Shown piece by piece: positions 56,149 to 64,000 of a DNA stretch of 64,000 nt. A program made the position numbers and the translations under genes. The notes under the pieces are model-generated. The model had not been told where the DNA came from. It was given only the letters and a program-made list of their open reading frames with translations, and did no database searches. Numbering within the stretch: position 1 is the stretch's first letter; every line of letters starts with the position of its first letter. The DNA is from Vicugna vicugna (taxonomy: Eukaryota), in assembly GCA_013265495.1 (NCBI GenBank), contig MU058054.1:62001-126000 (forward strand), in the 5' to 3' direction.

Positions 56149-56349
56149 AAGACCAAATGTGGTTTGAGGGAGGTTGGTGAATACATGGAAGTACTGGGAA
56201 GCCTGGTGCCTGAAAAGGGTTTGGGAGCTCTGCATCCTCTGCCCCGAGACCTTACTCCTTGCATCTCTTCCATTTGGCTGTTCCTGAGTTGTTTCCTTTT
56301 CAATAAACAGGTGCAAGTAAAGTGTTTTCCTGAGTTCTGTGAGTCCTTC

Positions 56350-56997
56350 TGATGCAGGAAAACGGATGTGGGGCATGAGGAGGGCCATGTCCCAGGTCTT
56401 GGTGGAGCCCCTGTGGTGTGCCCCACCAGGCGTGGGTTCTTGGCTTCTCACAGGAAAGAATTCAAATGTGAGCCACAGTTGAGTAAAGGTAGAGTTATTT
56501 AGAGAGATACATACTACATAGAGTGTAAGGCAAGAGAAAGGCAAGGAAAGAGGTGTAGAGTTGGGTGCTCAGGTTAAAGTAAATGTAGGTACTCACTCCA
56601 TAGACAGAGTGCAGGCCGTCTCTGAAGAGGAGGGAGTGAAAAAGGGCCGCTAGGCGTGGTGTTGCCAGTTTTTATGGGCTCGGTAGCTTCACACGCCTAC
56701 AGGTGGGACCATTCCAACTACCCTGGGGAAGGGGCTGGGATTCCCAGGAATTGGGCCACCGAACATTCTTCGGCCTTTTGTGGTTCACCTTGGACTGTCA
56801 TGGCGCCAGCAGGCATGTTATTTATCATTATAGGCTGTTACAATGAGCATATAATGAAGCTCAAGGTCTACTAGAAGTCAAACCTCCTGCCAACTTAATC
56901 CTCAAGATCAACTGGGAGTTGAATCTTCCACCATTTTGATGTTAAACTGCTGTCATTCTTTGAATGGCTCTGCCCTGCCCCCTTCCCTCCTGTCTCA
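56350..56997 (-). mobile_element. ERV1-type solo LTR (648 bp)
   Basis: TG...CA termini, 4-bp TSD cttc/cttt; minus strand begins tgagacaggagggaagggggcagg with a TATA-like cccataaaaa. Confidence 0.82.
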
Positions 56998-57439
56998 CTT
57001 TTTCTGAATTATTGAAACTGAGGAGAGGATTGTAGGAATCCTCAAAGGTAGTAGTCAGAAGTACAAGTGGCCTATGGAACTGGCAACTGGTATCTGAAGT
57101 AGGTGCAGTCTTGTGGGATTGAGCACTTAATCTGTGGGTCTGAGCCTCCTCCTGGAGTTAGTGTCAAAAGTGAATTGTTGGATACCTAGTTAGTGCTGGA
57201 AAATTGGTGTGGAAAGACTCCACATATTTGGTGTCAGAACCTCAAAGGCCCTTTCTTCCATAGAAAAACTTAAAATTATATTTTTACAGCTGCGTCGGAA
57301 CAAAGATGAATGTAATCCAAGCAGATTGTATTTATTTTTTTCTTCTCATTTTCAAGATTTATAACACTTTAATGGGACCCTAAAACTATTGTGGGTCTCA
57401 CTCAACACTTAAAAATTAACCCAGAATGAATCACAGACA

Positions 57440-57950
57440 TGAGACAGGAGGGAAGGGGGCAGGACACAACCATTAAAAGGATGGCATAGCAATTAGCACC
57501 AAGATGGCAAAAGATTCAACTCCCAGTAGACCTTGAGCTTCATTATACACTCATTGTAATAGGTTAGCATGGTAAATGGCACTCCCACAGGTGCCATGAC
57601 AGTTCCGAGGCTATCCATAAAAGGTCAAAAAGTGGGTGGTGGCCCAATTCCTGGGAATCTCAGCCCATTCTCCAAACTGACTGGAATGATCCTCCCATTT
57701 GTTAGCATATGAAGTTACCCTGCCCATGAAAACTAACAACCCCACACCTCGTGGATGATGTCACTTTCCCAGACAACTCATGCTCTGAGGCTGCTGCCTC
57801 TCACCTCTCACCTCTCACCTTTTTCCTCTTGCCTCTTGAGATAGCCCGCATTCTGCCTTTGGAATGTGTATCTCCTACGTCTGTCTATGGAGTGTATCTA
57901 CTTTTACTTTAACCACCCCCACACCTCCCTGCACTTTGTCTATGGAGTAA
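57440..57950 (+). mobile_element. Related ERV1-type LTR, 3'-truncated
   Basis: Begins with the same tgagacaggagggaagggggcagg and aligns for ~300 bp with the reverse complement of 56650-56997. Confidence 0.8.
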
Positions 57951-57954
57951 ATGT

Positions 57955-60900
57955 GTACAAATCCCATACCTCCACAGAAACATGGAAAAAAACAACCAAA
58001 AGCTGTCAGATCAACTTTATTGGAACTCTGGAAAACAGTCAAAGGTTTACAGCAATCAAGAAAATGCTTATTATTATTATTTTATAAAGGCAACTTAAAA
58101 ATGGTAAGAAAATGGTATGACAACTTTACTTGCCCCAGCCCTGCTCCCTCCCTGTCTCCCAGGGTGGAACCCTGGTCCCTTGTGATCATTGTGTTTGTTC
58201 CAGTCTGTCTAGGGGATAGCTGAAGGACTAATTCAAAGCTCTAGCCTCTATTTTACCTAACGTGGAATCCACAGCAAAAAAAGCAGTAGGCATTGCTTGA
58301 AAACACTGTTATAAGGTGAACAAACAACCTGCAACTGCCTGGGGCCAAAGACTACAGTTGGTGCATACAGTAGACCGCCTAAACTCTGGAAGTAAACCTG
58401 GGGAGATAAATATGCTGGGGAATTGGGACATTCAAATTCAAAAATGCTTGTGAACACAAGGGCATTTAGAGAGCTACACATATGCCTGAGACAAGATGCA
58501 TTCTCAGGAAAGACCCAAGAAGATACTGAGATTCTACCATTGTCTATATGCTCAGTGCTACCAGGAAGTGAAGGTTGAGAAAATTTCAAACGGCCTAGCT
58601 AAGTGTTAAAGGAATCCCCCTACACTGAGCCAACTACAAAGATTGGGAGAGGGTGTTGTTTTTATTTTTTATTATTATTATTGTTATTTTTTATTTTTAT
58701 TTTTATTTATTTATTTTTTTTAAGTTACCAGTGTTCAAGGAAATCTCAATAAAAATACTGGCTAAATACAAGCTGAGGCTTCAACAATCAAGAACAGCAT
58801 ATTCTGGGGAAGGTAGATTGTGTGAATTCCAGAGATAACCCATATATCATTCAAATGTCTAGCTTTCAACAGCAACAAAAAATCACAAATGTAGAAAGAA
58901 ACAGGAAAATATGGTTCATACAATGAAAAAAATAATTGACAGAAATTATCCCTGAGGAAGCTCAGACATTGAACTTATTATACAAAGACTTTAAAACCAC
59001 TATCTAAAGTACTCTCAAAAAACTAAAGGAAACCAGGAAAATGATGTTTGAATAAAATGAGAATATCAATAAAAAGATGGAAGTTATTAAAAGGGACCAA
59101 GTATAAATTCTGGAGCTGAAAAATATGATACCTGAAATGAAAAATTCACTAGAGGAGTTCAAGAGCAAATCTGAGCAATCACATGAAAGAATCAATGAAC
59201 TTGAATATAAGACAACTGAAGTTATTCAATCTGAGAAGCCAAAAGGAGAAAAAAATGAAGTGAACAGATCCAAAGGGGCCTGTAGAGCACCATCAACTGG
59301 ACCAATATACAAGTTATTAGAGTTACAGAAGGAAAAAAGAAAGAGAATATTTGAAGAAATTTTGGGCAGAAAATTTCCAAATTTGATGAAATACACAAAT
59401 ACACATACCCTACTCCAAGTAGGGTAAACTCAGATTGATTTATGAGACATATTATAGTCAAATTATCAAGGCCCAAAGACACAGAGAGAATCTTGAAAGC
59501 AGTAAGAGAAAAACAGTTTATCACATACCATCATCCTCAATCAAATTAACAGCTGATTTCTCATCAGAAACCATAGAGGCTAGAGAGCAACAAGATGGTA
59601 TATTTAAAGTACTGAAAGAAAAAAAAAACTGTGAGATAAGAATTCTATATCCAGCAAACCTATCATTCAAGAAGGAAGGAGAATATAAGATATTCCAAGA
59701 TAAATAAAAGATAAGAGAGTTTGTTACTAATAAACCTGCCCTAGAAGAAATGCTAAAGAGAATCCTTTAGGTTGAAATGAAAGGACAGTAAATAGTAATT
59801 TAAAGCCATATGAAGAAATAAAGAACACTGGTAAAGGTAACTACATAGATAAATGTAAGAGTCGGCTTTATTGTACTTTTAGTAACTCTCCTGTTTTTTC
59901 CTACATAGTTTAAAAGACAAAAGCACAAAATAATATCTATAAGTCCATGTTAATGGACACACAAAGTGTAAAGATACAATATGTGATAGAAATAATATAA
60001 AGGAGGAGGGACAGAGTGGTGTCAGCAGAATGTTTGTATATTATTGAATTTTAGCTGGTACTATTCAGATGAGGTTGAAAAATCACTAAAATATGTACAG
60101 AAAAGGAAAGAAGAAGGGAATCAAAGCACCACACAAAAGTCAACCTTTTTTAAAAGACAGCAATGGAGGAATTGAGTAATAAAAAGTATGTAAATCATAA
60201 AGAAGACAAATAGTTAAATGGCAGAAGAAAAATCCTTTCTTATCAATAATTACTTTAAATGTAAATGGTTAAACTCTCTATTTAAAAGACAGAGATTGTC
60301 AAAATGGATTTTAAAAAACATAATTCATTTACATGCTGTCTACAAGAAACATTCTTTAGATACAAAGACACAAAGTGGTTGAAAGTAAAAGGATGGGGTA
60401 AATTATTTTACACAAATAATAACCAAAAGAGAGCTATGGTGGTTGTATAATTATCAGACAAAATAGATTTTAAATCAAAAAAAGGTAATAGGAGGCAAAG
60501 AAGAACATTATATACTGATAAAGTTAAAAAAATCTGTTCTGCCAATCTTTGTCTTTTAATTGGAGAGTTTAATTTGTTTACATTTATATTGATAAGAGGT
60601 TTAATCCACAAAGAATATACAACACATATAAACATATATGTACTTAATGACAGTGCCCCAAAATATATGAAGCAAATACACATGAAGCATTCTCAAGAAT
60701 AAACTACGTGTTAGATCACAAAATAAGTCTAATAAATTAAAAAATATTGAAATCATACAAAATATTTTTCTAGCCACAATGGAATGAAACTAGGAACCAA
60801 TAACAGAAGGAAAACTAGAAAATGCACAAATATGTGGGAACTAAACAACACTTATAAATAGCCAATGGATCAAAGAAGAAACCACAAGATAAATTAGAAA

Positions 60901-61740
60901 CTACTTTGTGACCAATGTAAATAAAACACAACACACCGAAACTTATAGGGTGCAATGAAAACAATGCTCAGATGGAAATTTACAGCTATAAATGCATACA
61001 TTTAAAAAAACGAGAAAGATCTCAAATCAATAATCTAATTGTATACCTTAAGGAACTAGAAAAAGAAGAGCAAATTAAACTGTAAGACAGCAGAAAGAAA
61101 GAAATAATGATTAGAGTGGAGAGAAATGAATTTGAGAATAGAAAAACAGTAGAGAAAATCAACAAAATCAAAAGGTGGTTCTTTGAGAAGATCAACAAAA
61201 TTAACAAATCTGTAGCTAGATTGACTAATGTAAACAAATGGAGAAGACTCAAATTACTAAAATCAGAAACTAAGAGTTGGGGGAAGCAAAGAGCTCAGTG
61301 GTAGAGCCCACGTTCTAGCAAGCTCAAGATCCTGGGTTCAATCCCCAGCACCTCCATTAAATAAATAAATAAAACCTAGTTAACTCCTCCCACCATAAAT
61401 AAGTAAATAAATATACAGGAAAAAGAGAAACCGAAAGAGTGGACATTATTATCAATTTCATGAAAGGAAGAAATAGAAAATCTGAGTAGCCCTATAACAA
61501 GTAAGGACACTGAATCAGTAATTTTTAAAACTTTTCTTTCCCAACAAAGAAATCCCAGAACCGGATGGTTTCATTAGTGAATTCTACCAAACATTTAAAG
61601 AATTAACACCAATCTTTCTTAAACTCTTCAAGAAAATTGAAGAGAGGGTAACATTTCCTAACTTATTCTGTAAGACCAGCAGTAGCCTGAGACTGAGACA
61701 AAGACACTACAGTAAAACAACAGACCAATCTTCCTTATGA
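57955..61740 (+). mobile_element. Decayed L1: 5'UTR, ORF1 (~59000-59780) and partial ORF2
   Basis: ORF1-like peptides (EMKNSLEEFKS...; IKLTADFSSETIEAR...IFKVLKEK..RILYPANLSFK) and the ORF2 endonuclease start (ITLNVNG-like) at ~60240. Confidence 0.9.
61279..61425 (+). mobile_element. tRNA-derived SINE inserted into an L1
   Basis: gagctcagtggtagagc...cctgggttcaatccccagcacctcc; approximate TSD agaaac..aagagt. Confidence 0.85.
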
Positions 61741-61741
61741 A

Positions 61742-64000
61742 TCCCTCGGTTAAATTTATTCCCAAGAATTTTATTCTTTTTAATATTATTACAAATGAAA
61801 TTATTTTAATTTTCTTTTAAAAATTGTTCCTTGCTAGTGTATAGAAAGACAACTAATTTTTCTGTGTTGATTTTGTATTTCACACATTTGCTGAATTTGT
61901 TTAACTCTTGAGTGGAAATTTTTTTGTCATGTAACTTAGCACACTTAAAAAAATAGTAAACCAAACAAACTTAGAGGGAAACTTACAGTCATACATACCA
62001 TATTAGAAAAATTTAAAGGTTGAAAATCAATTATGTAAGTTTCCATCTCAAGAAGATATTAGGAGAATAGCAAATCAAACTGGCAGTAAGAAAATAATAA
62101 AAAAATGAGAGCAGAGATAAAATTTAAAACAAATATGAAATAGCAAAGATCAACAAAGCCAAAAGTTGGCTATTTGAAAAGTTTACTAAAATTGGCTACC
62201 CCCTAGTAAAACTGATCAAGAAGAAAAAAAAAAGAGAAAGAAATGATCATTGTCATGAATGAACAAAGGATCACTACAGATCCTACACACACTAGAAAAG
62301 ATACTTTAAAAAAATACTATGAGCAGCCTGATTCCAATACAGTGGATGGTTTAAACGAAATGAACAAATTCCATAAAACATACAACTTATCAAAACTGAC
62401 TCATATCCAAGAAAATGAAAATAGACCTACATCTATTTTAAACAGTTGAATCCACTATTTTAAATTTTCTTACAAAGAAAACTCCAGACACAGATGATTT
62501 CACCAGTGAATTTTCCAGACAATTAAGGAAGAAATAATACTCAATCTTAATAAATGGATAAGGAAGTTGTGGTATATAGATAGAAGGGAATTTTTTCAGC
62601 CATGAAAAGAATGAAATAATGCCATTTGCAGCAACATGGATGGACCTAGAGATTATCTTACTAAGTGAAGTAACTCAGAGAAAGACACATATCATGTGAT
62701 ATCACTTACATGTAGAATCTAAAAAATGATACAAGTGAACTTATTTACAAAACAGAAATAGACTCACAGACATAGAAAACAAACTTATGGTCACCAAAGG
62801 GGAAAGGAGGGAGAGGAATAACTTAGGAGTTTGGGGTAGTAGATTCTAACTACTATATATAAAACAGATAAACAACAAGGTCCTACTGTATAGCACAGGG
62901 AACTATATTCAATATCTTGTAATGAACTATCATGGAAAAGAAAAGAATACAAACAAACAAACAAAAGGACAAAATAATCAATCTTAAAGTCTTCTCAAGG
63001 ATACAAAAAGATAGAAAAAGGTATAACACACTCAACACTTTATGAGGCCAAGACTGTGAAACCAAAATCTGACAAGGATATTACAAGAAAGGAAAAGTAT
63101 AGGCAATTCTTTCTCATTCTCATAGGGATGAAAATCTTCAGCAAAGTCTTAACAAAATGAATCCAGTAATACAGACATAAGCATAAGGGAGGAGAGAGGG
63201 TAAAGCTCAGTGGTAGAGCACATGCTTGGTATGCATGAGGTCCTGGGTTCAATCCCCAGTAGCTCCACTAAAAAACAAACAAATAAATAAACTTATTTAC
63301 CTCCTCTCAAAATAGAAAATTAAAAAGCCAAAAAAGAAAAAATAAAAGAAGAGGAAGAGAGAGGAAATTCTTTCTTTAAAAAAAAAATATATTATATATA
63401 TATATAAAAGCATAATGGAATATAACAAAGAGGGGCTTATTCTAAGAAAACAAAAAAATGTTGAACATTTGAAAACCAACCATTTTAATTCACCACATTA
63501 ACAGAAACCAAAAGAGAGAAATGATATGATCATGTTGATAGAGGCAGGAAAATCATTTAATAAAATTTAAACACCTATTTGTGACACTAACTTTAATAAA
63601 CTAGTAATAGAAGGAAACGCCTTAATACGATTATAAGTATCTATCAAAAACCTACAGGAAACATACTTAATAGTAAAATGTTGAAAATATTTCTTTTGAA
63701 AACAAGAATGAGACAAAGATGACAAGGTAAGAAGAAGGAAAAAAATCAGGATTGGAAAGGAAGTAATAAAACTGTTGTTCACAGAGAACATGATGGTGCG
63801 TGGAAGAAAACAGCAAAGCATTCTCGGAAAAACTATTAGAATTTACTAATAAGTGAATTTCATTGGATACAACGTGAGCTACCAAAAATCAATTATATTC
63901 CTATATAACAGGAATAAACAAATAGAAGATGTAATTCAGAAAAAGATGCCAATTACAGTTACATTTTAAAAATAACAAAAAAAAAATCAGAACACATCTT
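61742..64000 (+). mobile_element. L1 ORF2 fragments, including a short inverted piece (61742-61910) and a nested young L1 3' end (62551-62970)
   Basis: Decayed RT-region sequence; nested element flanked by aaataat(ac)tcaatcttaa duplication. Confidence 0.8.
63187..63400 (+). mobile_element. tRNA-derived SINE inserted into an L1
   Basis: aagctcagtggtagagcacatgc...gtcctgggttcaatccccagtagctcc, long A-rich tail, approximate TSD aagcataa. Confidence 0.85.

Larger units (their letters stand above)
55674..57240 (+). mobile_element. MER21-like LTR, interrupted by an L1 3' end and an ERV1-type solo LTR
   Basis: ctcctggcacagagctcctgaaacccttg...tttatgctaatgaagtgac; resumes at 56165 and 57002; ends near ccacatatttggtgtcagaa. 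Confidence 0.75.

Noticed and set aside
59004..63885. ORF1/ORF2-like ORFs as a possibly active L1 or domesticated gene
   Set aside because: Riddled with stops, frameshifts, deletions and nested insertions.

Overview
Mammalian genomic DNA, most likely camelid (alpaca/camel); this is inferred from the tRNA-derived SINE family and the young L1 3' ends. The window holds the 5' part of PIAS1 (SUMO E3 ligase) on the minus strand: a CpG-island promoter (~52.35-53.85 kb, with a 21-nt N gap), coding exon 1 (53425-53448, MADSAELK), a 30.4-kb intron 1, coding exon 2 (22540-22984, SAP domain) and 22.5 kb of intron 2. The rest is mostly interspersed repeats (L1, SINEs, L2/MIR, DNA transposons, LTRs) plus two processed pseudogenes (RPL35A, ANAPC11). 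The most notable observations are: (1) a ~350-bp TSD-flanked mini-L1 whose 5'UTR start is joined to the L1 3' end at an apparent splice acceptor, inserted at the same target site as the ANAPC11 retrocopy; (2) an RPL35A retrocopy apparently made from a transcript that skipped its ATG-bearing exon; (3) a composite ~1.1-kb insertion flanked by a 52-bp direct repeat; (4) a nested transposon cluster with two inverted related LTRs upstream of the promoter; (5) a tandem pair of HRE-like motifs in the promoter. Repeat boundaries are approximate and family names come from recognition by eye, not from a database search. No prokaryotic-type system, CRISPR array or true RNA gene was seen.
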